A DNA stretch of 25,159 nt from an uncultured Pseudomonadota bacterium (GCA_963847705.1 CAWKBC010000045.1:1-25159); one strand, 5' to 3'; shown: positions 1 to 9,600, counted from the stretch's first letter. A program made the numbers and translations. The notes: generated from the letters alone by a model not told the origin.

Positions 1-28
1 ATGACCCGCCCAGGAGGACGGAGGCCAG

Positions 29-868
29 CTAGCCCTTGGGGCTCTGTCCCGTCGGCTGTCCCAGTTTGGCGGCGGTCTTGGCCGCCTCTTCCACCGCGCG
101 CGCGATCACCGAGCGGATGCGTCCGTCTTCCATGATCAGCAGGCCGGCGATGGTGCTACCGGCGGGGGTGGTCACCTGATCTTTGAGCGCGGCCGGGTGC
201 ATCCCCGTCTGCAGGACCATGCGCGCCGCACCCTGGAACATCTGCGCGGCGATCTGCATGGCGATGTCGCGCCGCAGGCCCATCCGGACGCCGCCGTCGC
301 TGAGCGCTTCGAGGATGATGTAGGCGAAGGCGGGGCCGCTGCCGTTCAGGCTGGTGACGGCGTCCATCACCTTGTCCTCGGCCTCGAGGCAGCCGCCGAC
401 GGAGCGGAAGATCTCCAGCACCGTCGCCGCCTGCGCGTCGGTGACGCCGGGCCCGCGCGCGATGACGGTCATCCCCTCGCCGATGAGGCAGGGGGTGTTG
501 GGCATGGCGCGCACGACCGCGCTCTTCGGCAGCCAGCCGGCGAGCTGATCGAGCCGGACGCCGGCCGCGATGCTGATGACCAGCTTGCCGGCCAGCAGCG
601 GCGCCAGCGCCGGATCGGCGACCAGGGGCTCGACCTCGTGCGGCTTCACGCAGACGAGGACGACGGCGGCATCCTGGCAGGCCTCGCGGTTGTCGCTGCC
701 GGTCCGGACGCCGTGTTTCTCCTTGAGGGCGCGTGCGACCTCCGGCCGGCGATCGGTGGCGAAGATCTGCGACGGCTCCAACTTCCCAGATCTTAGGAGC
801 CCGCGAACGATGGCCTCTCCCATCGTGCCGCAGCCGAGCACCGCCAGCGTTTCCGTCTTGCCGAGCAT
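29..868 (-). CDS. proC: Pyrroline-5-carboxylate reductase
   Basis: GCGTMG Rossmann motif, VKP, SIAAG, RAMPNTP, GSGPAF, VTTPAGSTIAGL. The ATG at 868 (MLGKTETLAVLG) is preferred over the track's start at 1009. Confidence 0.96.
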   Translation of the reverse strand: MLGKTETLAVLGCGTMGEAIVRGLLRSGKLEPSQIFATDRRPEVARALKEKHGVRTGSDNREACQDAAVVLVCVKPHEVEPLVADPALAPLLAGKLVISIAAGVRLDQLAGWLPKSAVVRAMPNTPCLIGEGMTVIARGPGVTDAQAATVLEIFRSVGGCLEAEDKVMDAVTSLNGSGPAFAYIILEALSDGGVRMGLRRDIAMQIAAQMFQGAARMVLQTGMHPAALKDQVTTPAGSTIAGLLIMEDGRIRSVIARAVEEAAKTAAKLGQPTGQSPKG

Positions 869-1007
869 ACCCGCGTGACTATCGCACAAGAGCCGATTTT
901 GGGCGCGCTTCGGGCGCGGCTTCCGGCGCGCCTCCGGACATCCTGCAACCTTTGACGGCACCGGGCATCGCAAGGCACCAACCGAAACCAACGAGGAGAC
1001 CGCACAC

Positions 1008-1544
1008 ATGGCAGCTCAGACCTGGACGATCGACAAGGCCCACTCCGACATCTTCTTCACGGTTCGCCACATGGTCATCACCAAGGTGCGCGGCCGGTTC
1101 CTCAAGTGGGACGGGACGCTGGTGCTCGACGAGCAGGACTGGGCCAAGTCGCGGGTCGAGGTGGCGATCGACGCCGCCAGCATCTCGACCAGCGACGAGA
1201 AGCGCGACGGCCACCTCAAGTCGGCCGACTTTCTCGACGCCGAGAAGTTCCCCAAGCTGACCTTCAAGAGCACCAAGGTGGAGAAGGCCGGCGGCGACAA
1301 GCTGAAGGTCACCGGTGATCTCACCATCCGTGACGTGACCAAGTCGGTCACCCTGGACGTCGAAGTGCTGGGGAAGGCCAAGGATCCCTGGGGCAACAAC
1401 AAGATCGCCTTCAACGGCAAGGTGGCCATCCAGCGCGAGGAGTTCGGCGCCAAGTGGAACCAGGCGCTGGAGACGGGCGGCGTGCTGGTCGGCAAGCAGG
1501 TCGACATCGACCTCGAGCTGCAAGCCATAGCGCCGAAGGAGTAA
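1008..1544 (+). CDS. YceI-family (polyisoprenoid-binding) protein
   Basis: WTIDKAHS, FTVRHM, RDGHLKSADFLD, GDLTIRDVTK, REEFG motifs; GAGGAG RBS upstream. Confidence 0.93.
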   Translation: MAAQTWTIDKAHSDIFFTVRHMVITKVRGRFLKWDGTLVLDEQDWAKSRVEVAIDAASISTSDEKRDGHLKSADFLDAEKFPKLTFKSTKVEKAGGDKLKVTGDLTIRDVTKSVTLDVEVLGKAKDPWGNNKIAFNGKVAIQREEFGAKWNQALETGGVLVGKQVDIDLELQAIAPKE

Positions 1545-1555
1545 AAACGAAGTAA

Positions 1556-1631
1556 ATCGCGTGAGCTCCGGTGGGCTTTGCCCACCGGAGCTCGTCGCGG
1601 GGGGATCGGGGACCCTCCCAGGGTCCCCGAT
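1556..1631. repeat. Double-hairpin palindromic element, copy A (intergenic, yceI-proB)
   Basis: Perfect 14-bp stem GAGCTCCGGTGGGC-TTT-GCCCACCGGAGCTC (1563-1593), a GTCGCGGGGGG linker, then a perfect 12-bp stem ATCGGGGACCCT-CCC-AGGGTCCCCGAT (1605-1631). Homologous to 10600-10675 (reverse complement) and 22461-22535. Confidence 0.9.
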
Positions 1632-1639
1632 GTTAATGT
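1631..1639 (+). promoter_or_regulatory. Putative extended -10 promoter for proBA
   Basis: TG-T-TAATGT ending 9 nt before the proB ATG; no obvious SD. Confidence 0.35.
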
Positions 1640-1648
1640 TGGGGCTCC

Positions 1649-2818
1649 ATGAGCCCCGCACGACAGCACCTGGCCGACGCGCACCGGATCGTCGTCAAGC
1701 TCGGCACCCACGTCGTCATGCACGACGGCGAGCTGGCGCGCGAACGGATCGGCGGCATCGTCGACAGCCTGGCGGGGCTGCGCCGCGCGGGGCGCGAGGT
1801 GCTGCTGGTCTCGAGCGGCGCGGTCGGGATGGGGATGCGCGTCCTCGGCCTGAAGGAGCGGCCGCGCTCGCTGGGCGACCGCCAAGCCTGCGCGGCGGTC
1901 GGGCAGGGGCACCTCATGGGCGTCTACACCCAGGAGCTGGCGGCGCGCGGGCTGACGGCGGCGCAGGTGCTGCTCACGCAAGAGGATCTGGCCGATCGCG
2001 ATCGCGCGATCTGTCTGCGCACGACGCTGCTGCGCCTCCTGGAGCTGGGCGTGGTGCCGGTGCTCAACGAGAACGACAGCGTCAGCGTCGCCGAGCTCAT
2101 CGAGTACAAGCGCGGGCAGGGCGTCCCGGCGGCGACGACCGCCTTCGGCGACAACGACGGGCTGTCGGCGCGGGTGGCGGTGGCGCTGGACGCCGATCTG
2201 CTGGTCATGCTCACCAACGTGGGTGGGTTCTTCACCGCCAACCCCAAGACCGATCCGGGCGCGGCGCGGATCTCGGAGCTGGACGGCGTCGACCAGGCGG
2301 CGCTGGCCCGGGCCAGCGGCGGCTCGGCCGGCGGCACCGGCGGGATGGCCAGCAAGCTGGCGGCGGCCGCGCTGGCCTCGTCGGAGGGGACGGCGGTGCT
2401 GATCGCCGGCGGCGGCGAGGCGCGCGTGCTCGAGCGGGCGCTCGGCGGCGAGGATCTGGGGACGCTGATCTCGATCGGGGCGCGCCGCCCGGCTCGCCTG
2501 CGCCACATCGCCGTCGGCGCGCGCCGGCGCGGGGCGCTGGTGATCAACGAAGGGGCGCTGGCGGCGCTCAACGGCCAGCAGAAGGCCTCGCTGTTGCCGA
2601 TCGGGGTGGTGGGCGTCGAGGGGAGCTTCGAAAAAGGGGACGTGGTCGAGATCCGCGACGGCAGCGGCCGTGTACATGGACGGGGCCTGGTGAACTACGC
2701 GGCCGACGCCTGCCGCAAGCTGGCCGGGCGGCACAGCGACGACATCGACACGATCCTGGGGTGGCGCGGCTACGACGCGCTCATCACGCGCGACAACCTG
2801 GTCATGGGGGCAGTCTGA
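1649..2818 (+). CDS. proB: Glutamate 5-kinase with PUA domain
   Basis: VVKLGT, VSSGAV, QACAAVGQ, NENDSV, FGDND, GTGGMASK, and a C-terminal PUA domain (SLLPIGV...F..GDVV...GRGLVNY). Confidence 0.97.
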   Translation: MSPARQHLADAHRIVVKLGTHVVMHDGELARERIGGIVDSLAGLRRAGREVLLVSSGAVGMGMRVLGLKERPRSLGDRQACAAVGQGHLMGVYTQELAARGLTAAQVLLTQEDLADRDRAICLRTTLLRLLELGVVPVLNENDSVSVAELIEYKRGQGVPAATTAFGDNDGLSARVAVALDADLLVMLTNVGGFFTANPKTDPGAARISELDGVDQAALARASGGSAGGTGGMASKLAAAALASSEGTAVLIAGGGEARVLERALGGEDLGTLISIGARRPARLRHIAVGARRRGALVINEGALAALNGQQKASLLPIGVVGVEGSFEKGDVVEIRDGSGRVHGRGLVNYAADACRKLAGRHSDDIDTILGWRGYDALITRDNLVMGAV

Positions 2819-4140
2819 TGAACAGCATGGCGACGGCGACGAAGGAGAAGAACGAGGCGATCCGGGCGACGGCGCTGGCCGCCAAGGCGGCCGGCGGCAA
2901 GCTGGCGCGGCTGGGGCCGGAGCGGCGCTCGGTGCTGCTGCGCGCGCTGGCCGAGGCGCTGCGCGAGCCTGCCGCCCGCGACGGCGTCTTCGAGGTGAAC
3001 GCCGAGGAGCTGGCCCGCGCCAAGGCCGAAGGCGTCGCCCCGCCGCTGGTCAAGCGGCTGGGGCTCGATGCGGCCAAGCTCGACTCCGTCTGTGACGGGC
3101 TCGAACAGCTGGCGGCGATGCCCGATCTGGTCGGGCAGGTGACCTTGCGGCGCGAGCTCGACGACGGGCTGGTGCTGGAGCGGGTGAGCTGCCCGCTCGG
3201 CCTTCTCGGGGTGGTGTTCGAGTCGCGCCCCGACGCGCTGGTGCAGATCGTGGGGCTGGCCTGGAAGAGCGGCAACGCCGTCCTCTTGAAGGGCGGGCGC
3301 GAGGCGCTGGCCACCAACCGCGCGCTCACCGCCATCATCCACCGCGTGCTGGAGGACGCCGGGCTCGATCCGCGCGCGGCCGTGCTGCTCGAGGGGCGCG
3401 ACGACGTCACGGCGGTGCTGGCGCTGCACGGCATCGTCGAGGTGATCGTGGCCCGCGGCTCGTCGGAGTTCGTGCGCCAGATCCAGGAGTCCAGCGAGAT
3501 CCCGGTGATGGGGCACGCCGCCGGCGTCTGTCATCTGTACGTCCACGCGGGCGCCGAGCCGGAGATGGCCGCCAGGCTGGCCGTCGACGGCAAGACCACC
3601 TACGCGGCGGCCTGCAACGCCACCGAGACGCTGCTCTGGGATGCCTCGGCGGGCGCGGCGCTCGACGCCTGCGTCGCGGCTCTGACCAAGGCGGGGGTCG
3701 AGATCCGCGGCGACGCGGCCACCCGCGCGCGCGCCCCCGAGATCAAGGCGGCCACCGACGCCGACTTCGGCTTCGAGTTCGGCGCCAACATCATCGCGGT
3801 CAAGCAGGTCGCCGGCATCGAGGCGGCGCTGGCGCACATCGCGGCGCACGGCTCGAAGCACACCGAGGCGATCGTCACCGCCGACGCCGCGGCGGCCGAG
3901 CAGTTCATCGCCGAGGTCGACGCCGCCGGCGTCTACCACAACGCCAGCACCCGCTTCGCCGACGGCTACCGCTACGGCCTGGGCGCCGAGGTCGGCATCA
4001 GCACCGACAAGCTGCACGCGCGCGGGCCGGTCGGCGTCGACGGCCTCCTCACCTACCGCTGGCTGCTGCGCGGGCACGGCCAGGAGACCGCCAGCTACGG
4101 CCCCGGCAAGCGCGCCTTCAAGCATCGCGATCTGGCATGA
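2818..4140 (+). CDS. proA: Gamma-glutamyl phosphate reductase
   Basis: PLGLLGVVFESRP, KSGNAVLLKGG, ACNATETLL, NASTRFADG, EVGISTDKLHARGPVG. TGATG overlap with proB; the track's 859-aa ORF has a spurious N-terminal extension. Confidence 0.97.
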   Translation: MNSMATATKEKNEAIRATALAAKAAGGKLARLGPERRSVLLRALAEALREPAARDGVFEVNAEELARAKAEGVAPPLVKRLGLDAAKLDSVCDGLEQLAAMPDLVGQVTLRRELDDGLVLERVSCPLGLLGVVFESRPDALVQIVGLAWKSGNAVLLKGGREALATNRALTAIIHRVLEDAGLDPRAAVLLEGRDDVTAVLALHGIVEVIVARGSSEFVRQIQESSEIPVMGHAAGVCHLYVHAGAEPEMAARLAVDGKTTYAAACNATETLLWDASAGAALDACVAALTKAGVEIRGDAATRARAPEIKAATDADFGFEFGANIIAVKQVAGIEAALAHIAAHGSKHTEAIVTADAAAAEQFIAEVDAAGVYHNASTRFADGYRYGLGAEVGISTDKLHARGPVGVDGLLTYRWLLRGHGQETASYGPGKRAFKHRDLA

Positions 4141-5462
4141 GCGCGCCAGACAAGCTCCCCCCGGGCGCGACGGGGCTGCCGTTCCTGGGCGAGGTGACCG
4201 ATTTTCTGAAGGACGGCTTCGGGTTCGTCGAGGGGCGCACCGAGCGCCTGGGGCCCGTCTTCAAGACGAAGATCCTGGGCCGGCCGACCGCGGTCATCGT
4301 CGGCCCGGACGCCGCCGGCCAGTTCATCGACGAGAGCAAGATCCAGCGCGAAGGCGGGATGCTGCCGCACATTCAGGTGCTGTTCGGCGGGCGCGCCCTG
4401 CCGGTCCTCGACGGCGAAGAGCACCGCGAGCGAAAGGCGTTCGTGATGGCCGCCTTCACGCGCGAGGCGCTGGCCGGCTACCTGCCCGAGATGCAGCGCC
4501 GGGTGGCGGCCGCCTTTGCCGGCTGGGCCACCGGCGACGAGCTGCGCTGGCTCGATGGCTTCAAGCGGCTGGCGCTGGAGGTGATCAGCACGACCATCCT
4601 CGGGCTCCCCGCCGGACCGACGTTCGAGGCCATCGCCAAGGACTACGAGCTGGTGGGCGGAGGATTTTCCAGCCTGCCGATCCCGCTGCCGGGCACCGCC
4701 TACAATCGGGCCCGCCGCGCGCTCGAGCGGATCCTGGCGGTCTACGCGAAGAACGCCCAGGAACACCTGGCGACCCCCGGCTCCGACGGGCTGAGCCGGA
4801 TCCTGGCGGCGCGCTCGGCGCGCGACGGCCGGCAGATCACCGTCGACGAAGCCAAGGTCGAGCTCCACCACATCGTGGTCGCCGGCCTCATCGTCTGGGC
4901 CTGGTTCGTGACCGCCGTGCAGGAGCTGGATCGCCACCCGGAGATCCGGGAGCGCCTGCGCGCCGAGGTGGCCAGCCTGCCGTCCGGACCGCTGACCCTG
5001 GAGGCGCTGATGGCGGCGCCCTACCTGAGGCAGGTCTCGATGGAGATCCGCCGCCTGAGCCCGGTGGTGCACGTCTTCTTCGGCAAGGCGCGCACGACGT
5101 TCGAGTTCGCCGGCCACACCATCCCGGAGGGCTGGATGGTGCTGTGGGGGCTCCGCTCGTCGCACCTGCGCCCCGAGATCTACCCGGAGCCCACCACGTT
5201 CGACCCCGAGCGCTTCGGGCCGGAGCGCCACGAAGAGGAGCGCCATCCGCACGCCTTCGTCCCCAACGGCGCCGGCGACGCCCACAAGAATCACAAGTGC
5301 GCGGGCTACGAGTTCGCGCCGCTGCTCTTGCAAGTCTTCCTGGTGGAGCTCCTGCGCGGCGGCACCCGGTGGACGTTCGCGCCCGATCAGAATCTCTCGC
5401 TCGACTATCGGACCGTGCCGCCGGAGCCGCGCGACGGCCTCCGGGTTCGGATCACCCGCTGA
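4137..5462 (+). CDS. Cytochrome P450, atypical I-helix and heme loop
   Basis: LPPG..GLPFLGE hinge, EIRR (ExxR), FDPERF meander, heme Cys in FVPNGAGDAHKNHKCAG. ATGA overlap with proA. Confidence 0.92.
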   Translation: MSAPDKLPPGATGLPFLGEVTDFLKDGFGFVEGRTERLGPVFKTKILGRPTAVIVGPDAAGQFIDESKIQREGGMLPHIQVLFGGRALPVLDGEEHRERKAFVMAAFTREALAGYLPEMQRRVAAAFAGWATGDELRWLDGFKRLALEVISTTILGLPAGPTFEAIAKDYELVGGGFSSLPIPLPGTAYNRARRALERILAVYAKNAQEHLATPGSDGLSRILAARSARDGRQITVDEAKVELHHIVVAGLIVWAWFVTAVQELDRHPEIRERLRAEVASLPSGPLTLEALMAAPYLRQVSMEIRRLSPVVHVFFGKARTTFEFAGHTIPEGWMVLWGLRSSHLRPEIYPEPTTFDPERFGPERHEEERHPHAFVPNGAGDAHKNHKCAGYEFAPLLLQVFLVELLRGGTRWTFAPDQNLSLDYRTVPPEPRDGLRVRITR

Positions 5463-5534
5463 GTCGCGGCGGGCAGGGCGCAGCAGGCGGCGTTCGAGCG
5501 CCGAGATCGGCCGCCCCTCCTTTATAGTGGCCGC

Positions 5535-7124
5535 TTGGTCCACCGCGCGCCGCCTCGTCGCTCGCTGGAAGCCTCCGATGTGTTCGTGGGCTTTCTCTGT
5601 CTTTATCTGGTGACGCTCGGCTTCACGCCTCCCCGGGGGGACGCGATCCCGATGTGGGACGCGGCGCTCAATCTGCTCCGTCACGGCTCCTTCGCCATCG
5701 ATCTGCGCTGGCCCAACAACGCGCCGCCGGGGCGAAACGGTCACTACTATCCGGTGGCCGCGCTCTTGGCCTGTCTGGTCCACGTTCCGGGCGCCGCCCT
5801 GCAGCTGGCGCTCGGGAGGCTCGCGCCGGCTTCCGCGGAGAGCCTGGTGTTCTTCACCGCGGAGATCGGCCCGCTCGTGTGCGCCGCGCTCACGCTGGCG
5901 CTCTGCCACCGCTTGCTGGTCGAGAACGGCTACGACCCGCGCCAGGCCACCTGGACGACGCTGCTGCTCGGCACCGGGACGACCATCCTGGTCTACGCGC
6001 ACCGTCCGTACTCGGAGATGGTGCAGACGGTCTGCTTCACCGCGTTTTTTCGGGAGCTCCTCCGCACCGGCGAGCGGCCCTCGCGCGCGGCCTTCCTGCG
6101 CCTGGGGCTGGTGGCGGGCCTCCTCGTCAACGCGAAGAACATCTACTTCGTCTGCCTTCCGAGCGCGGCCCTCTACCTCTTCGTCCGCCTGCGCGCGCGG
6201 CGCCCGGAGCTTCGCTCGGGGGTCGGTTGGGCGGCGCTCGGTTTCGCGCCGGGTCTGCTGGCGCTGGCGCTTTACAACTACGTGCGCTGGGGGTCGATCA
6301 CCAACAGCGGCTACGGAGGCCCCGTCACCGCCGGATTCTGGCGCGAGAATGTCTTCTTCGGCCTGTGGGGTCAGCTCTTCTCTCCGGGCCGCAGCGTCTT
6401 CCTGTTCTCGCCGCCGCTGATCCTGGCGGCGCTCGGGTTCCGGCGGCTGGTGGCCCGTCGGCCGCACCTCGCGCTGGCGCTCGGCCTGGTCCTCGGCCCG
6501 GTGGTCTTGCTCTACGCGCGCTACCTCTTTTGGTCCGGCGACTGGGGATGGGGGCCGCGCTATCTGGTGTTCGCGGTTCCGGTGCTGATGATCCCGGCCG
6601 CCGAGCTCCTCGGCGGAGGCCCGTCTCGGGGGCGCGCGGCGCGTGCCGCGCGGGCCGGTTGCGCGGTCGTCTTCCTGGCCGGGGTCGCGGTGCAGGGGCT
6701 GGGGACGGCGTTCTACTGGGACGACTTCATCGCCATCTCCCGTCAGGTTCAGTACCACTGGTTGGGGCGACCCGATTCCAGCGGATCGCCGCTGGCGCCC
6801 TATCCTTGCTTCTCCTGTTTCGAGGAGCTCTACGCGGTCCAGTGGCTGCCGGCCACGCAGCCGATCGAGGGGCACTGGTGGCTGCTCCGTCACAAGCTGG
6901 CGGGCGACGACTGGAAGACCGCGGAGAAGGACGCGCCCTGGTCACGGTACACCTCGCTCACCCTGGACATCGCGCAGTCCTACGACCGCGCGGAGATCGA
7001 CTGGTGGCCCTGGCTGGCGCCGCGCGGGTCCCGCCTGCTGCTCGCCCTGCTGAGCATCCTCGTCTTGCCCCTGCTGGTCTCCTGGCGGCTCTGGCGGGCA
7101 GCGCTTCGCGGTCAGGGATCGTAG
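5535..7124 (+). CDS. Multi-pass membrane protein, probable GT-C fold glycosyltransferase
   Basis: Many hydrophobic segments, an Asp in the first loop (GDAIPMW), YSE, WGWGPRYL. The TTG start is uncertain. Confidence 0.65.
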   Translation: MVHRAPPRRSLEASDVFVGFLCLYLVTLGFTPPRGDAIPMWDAALNLLRHGSFAIDLRWPNNAPPGRNGHYYPVAALLACLVHVPGAALQLALGRLAPASAESLVFFTAEIGPLVCAALTLALCHRLLVENGYDPRQATWTTLLLGTGTTILVYAHRPYSEMVQTVCFTAFFRELLRTGERPSRAAFLRLGLVAGLLVNAKNIYFVCLPSAALYLFVRLRARRPELRSGVGWAALGFAPGLLALALYNYVRWGSITNSGYGGPVTAGFWRENVFFGLWGQLFSPGRSVFLFSPPLILAALGFRRLVARRPHLALALGLVLGPVVLLYARYLFWSGDWGWGPRYLVFAVPVLMIPAAELLGGGPSRGRAARAARAGCAVVFLAGVAVQGLGTAFYWDDFIAISRQVQYHWLGRPDSSGSPLAPYPCFSCFEELYAVQWLPATQPIEGHWWLLRHKLAGDDWKTAEKDAPWSRYTSLTLDIAQSYDRAEIDWWPWLAPRGSRLLLALLSILVLPLLVSWRLWRAALRGQGS

Positions 7125-8878
7125 GCGGTCGGTGGCGACACGGGCGCGTGCGGCGCGTCCGCGCGCGGGCCGAGCACCTCGTAGATGAGGCCACCGCCGC
7201 GCGTGACGCGCGTCAGGACCGGCCGCCGGCGCTCGAGCTCGTGGATCCGCTTCCACGAGCAGCGCAGCTCGCGCGGCAAGGCGAGGACCAGGCCGACCTC
7301 CGGCCGTTCCAGCGCCGCGGCCGTGATCGGCGCCGCCGCGTCGTCGTCGATCGTCGCCAGCGCGGGGAGCCAGGCGCAGACGCCGATCGTCTCTCCCGGC
7401 GCGGCGAAGGCCCGCGCGTCGCGGATCCCCTGGCGGAGCGAGCTCGACCAGTAGTCCCCCTCGGTGCCATTGACGAACTCCGTCGGTGACGTCCTGAACA
7501 GCCCGGCGCGCTGCGCGCCCCCCAACCCGCCCACCATGAAATTGAAGTAGGCCGTCTCGAACGGATGATATTGCGCCACCGGCCAGGCGAGCGCGGCCGC
7601 ACCGACGGCAACCGCAGCCGCGCCGGCGACGCGCGCACGCGCAGGGCCCGCGTGAGCACGGACCGCGCGCGCACGAGCAAAGTACGCCAGGACGACCGGC
7701 GCGGCGCGCCGCCAGCCCTCGGCGAGCCCGAGCCCGGCCAGGGCGCAGAGCGCCGGGACGTATTCGAGGAAGTGGCGGTTGGCGTCGTAGAAATTCGCGT
7801 GCGGCAGCGCGATCCGCACCAGCGGCAGCGACAGCCAGATCACCAGCAGCGCGCCGATCGCGCGCCGGGCCGGGGTCGCGTCGCGTCCGGGCCGACATCC
7901 GCCGGCCGCCGCCAGCAGCAGCAGCGGCGGCGTCATGAACAGCAGGCAGCGGAAAGGATGCAGCGACAGGGTGGAGCGGTCGCTGGCCGCCGTCCCCCGC
8001 GCGAACGCGATGAACGCGCTGAAGCGCCGGACCGCCTCCGCCGGTCCCCCCCACCAGAGCCAGGGCCAGCCGAGAACGAAGATGGCCAATCCCACGACGG
8101 GAAGGAGCACGAAAGGCGCGACGAGCCGGCGCTCGACCCGGCGCCCCAGCCGGCGCTCGTCGGCCTGGCTGGCGTAAAGCAGGCGGTAGACGAACGGTGC
8201 CGCCAGCGCGACGGTGATGGCCGCCAGGACCCCGTTCTGCTTGCACGACATGGCCAGCCCCAGGAAGACTCCGGAGACCCACAGATGGCGGGGGCTCCTT
8301 TCGGTGAGCCCGACGCCGGCGGCCAGCACGGTGAGCGCGTAGAACCCCGCGCAGGGCCAGTCCTTGGGATCGTTGAAGGCGTGGCCGACGATCGTCGGAA
8401 AACAGGCGAGCGCCACGGCGGCCGCGATTCCGGCCGCATCCCCCAGCAGGCGACAGGCGTAGAGGGTGTAGAGAAACAGCAGCGCGATCGACAGGATCGC
8501 CAGCCCGGCGTGATGGCCGTCGACCGGCCCGAGCCCCAGGGCCCGCCCGACGGTGGCGTCGCCCACCGCCGCGACCAGCGCCGGCAGCACCGGGTAGTGC
8601 TCGGGATCTTGCCGGACGGGCAGGCGAGGAAAATGCGAAGCGAAGCCCGCTGGCTCCCCCGCCTCGAAGTCCAGCGCGCCGGCTCGGCCGGGATGCGCCA
8701 GCGCGAACAACGTCCGATCGCCGGCGTAGAGCAACGCCGGCTCGTCGATGGTGACGCCGTAGCGGTGCAGCGAGGCGACCGCGAAGAGCGTCGCCCCGAG
8801 CGCGAGCGTCGCCGCCGCCAGCCGAGACGCCCGCGAAAACCGGCGCGTGGCGCGGGCGACTCCGGCCGCGGCCGTCAA
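7112..8878 (-). CDS. Multi-pass membrane protein, ArnT/PMT-like (GT-C) glycosyltransferase
   Basis: TIDEP acidic pair after TM1, HAFNDPKD, FYDANRHFL, DYW. TTG start inferred from a TTGA overlap with the cysH stop. Confidence 0.7.
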   Translation of the reverse strand: MTAAAGVARATRRFSRASRLAAATLALGATLFAVASLHRYGVTIDEPALLYAGDRTLFALAHPGRAGALDFEAGEPAGFASHFPRLPVRQDPEHYPVLPALVAAVGDATVGRALGLGPVDGHHAGLAILSIALLFLYTLYACRLLGDAAGIAAAVALACFPTIVGHAFNDPKDWPCAGFYALTVLAAGVGLTERSPRHLWVSGVFLGLAMSCKQNGVLAAITVALAAPFVYRLLYASQADERRLGRRVERRLVAPFVLLPVVGLAIFVLGWPWLWWGGPAEAVRRFSAFIAFARGTAASDRSTLSLHPFRCLLFMTPPLLLLAAAGGCRPGRDATPARRAIGALLVIWLSLPLVRIALPHANFYDANRHFLEYVPALCALAGLGLAEGWRRAAPVVLAYFARARAVRAHAGPARARVAGAAAVAVGAAALAWPVAQYHPFETAYFNFMVGGLGGAQRAGLFRTSPTEFVNGTEGDYWSSSLRQGIRDARAFAAPGETIGVCAWLPALATIDDDAAAPITAAALERPEVGLVLALPRELRCSWKRIHELERRRPVLTRVTRGGGLIYEVLGPRADAPHAPVSPPTAYDP

Positions 8879-9600
8879 GCCGTCGTCGGCAGGTGGAGGC
8901 CGCACTCCTTGTTGTCGGGATCCTCCCACCACCAGCGCCCGGCGCGCGGGTGCTCGCCCGGCTTGATGGCGCGCGTGCAGGGGGCGCAGCCGATCGACGG
9001 GTAGCCCCGATCGTGCATGGGGTGGACGGGAACGCTGTGCTCCTTGGCGTAGGCGCGCACCTGCTCCATGGTCCAGCGGACCAGCGGGCTCACCTTGACG
9101 ATGCCGCCGTGGGCGCGATCGATCTCGATCTCCGGAGTGTCGGTGCGGGTGACCGACTGTTCGTTGCGGAGGCCCGTCATCCAGGCCTCGCGATCGGTGA
9201 GCGCCCGGCCCAGCGGCTCGACCTTGCGGATGCCGCAGCACTCGTGCCGCTCGTCGAGCGAGTCGCGGAAGCTGTAGAGGCCCTTTTCACGGATCAGCTT
9301 CTCGACCGCGGTGCGCTCGGGGAAGAACCAGGCGATCTCGATGCCGTACTTCATCCGGACCCGCTCGGCCGTCAGGTAGGTCTCGTCGGGGAGCCGGCCG
9401 GTGTCGAGCGCGAAGACCCGGACGTCGGCGGGGGCCGCCTTCATCGCCAGATCGATGATCACGCAGTCCTCGACCGAGAAGCTGGAGGCGATGCTCAGGC
9501 GGTTCCCGAATCGCTTCATGGCCCAGGTGACAATTTCGGACGGGGGTGCGCTGCGGAGGCGGCGAGCGGCCTCTTCGATTTCCGTGACGTTGACGGGCAT
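8875..9600 (-). CDS. cysH: APS reductase ([4Fe-4S]-type CysH)
   Basis: SSFS, LDTG, ECCGIRKVEPL (CC), TGLR..QS.TR, GYPSIGCAPCT (CxxC), RAGRW, KECGLH. The CC plus CxxC pattern marks APS rather than PAPS reductase. ATG at 9600. Confidence 0.95.
   Translation of the reverse strand: MPVNVTEIEEAARRLRSAPPSEIVTWAMKRFGNRLSIASSFSVEDCVIIDLAMKAAPADVRVFALDTGRLPDETYLTAERVRMKYGIEIAWFFPERTAVEKLIREKGLYSFRDSLDERHECCGIRKVEPLGRALTDREAWMTGLRNEQSVTRTDTPEIEIDRAHGGIVKVSPLVRWTMEQVRAYAKEHSVPVHPMHDRGYPSIGCAPCTRAIKPGEHPRAGRWWWEDPDNKECGLHLPTTA

Noticed and set aside
1563-1593. Simple intrinsic terminator for yceI
   Set aside because: No U-tract follows on the + strand, and the hairpin belongs to a larger element that is also found inside genes.
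2095-2145. Short extra segment in ProB between NENDSV and FGDND as a fourth element copy
   Set aside because: It has no palindrome or similarity to the element, and this loop is length-variable.
1561-2817. 859-aa ORF suggesting a long N-terminal fusion to ProA
   Set aside because: The extension is an off-frame reading of proB with Arg/Gly/Ala-rich shadow composition.
29-5462. Proline genes plus P450 as a secondary-metabolite cluster
   Set aside because: There is no NRPS/PKS, carrier protein or precursor peptide; proABC look like ordinary housekeeping genes.
4095-6893. Long antisense or alternate-frame ORFs (932 aa here; also 11000-13303, 1016-2734, 5654-7489 and others)
   Set aside because: These are typical stop-poor shadow frames of high-GC genes with no recognisable motifs.
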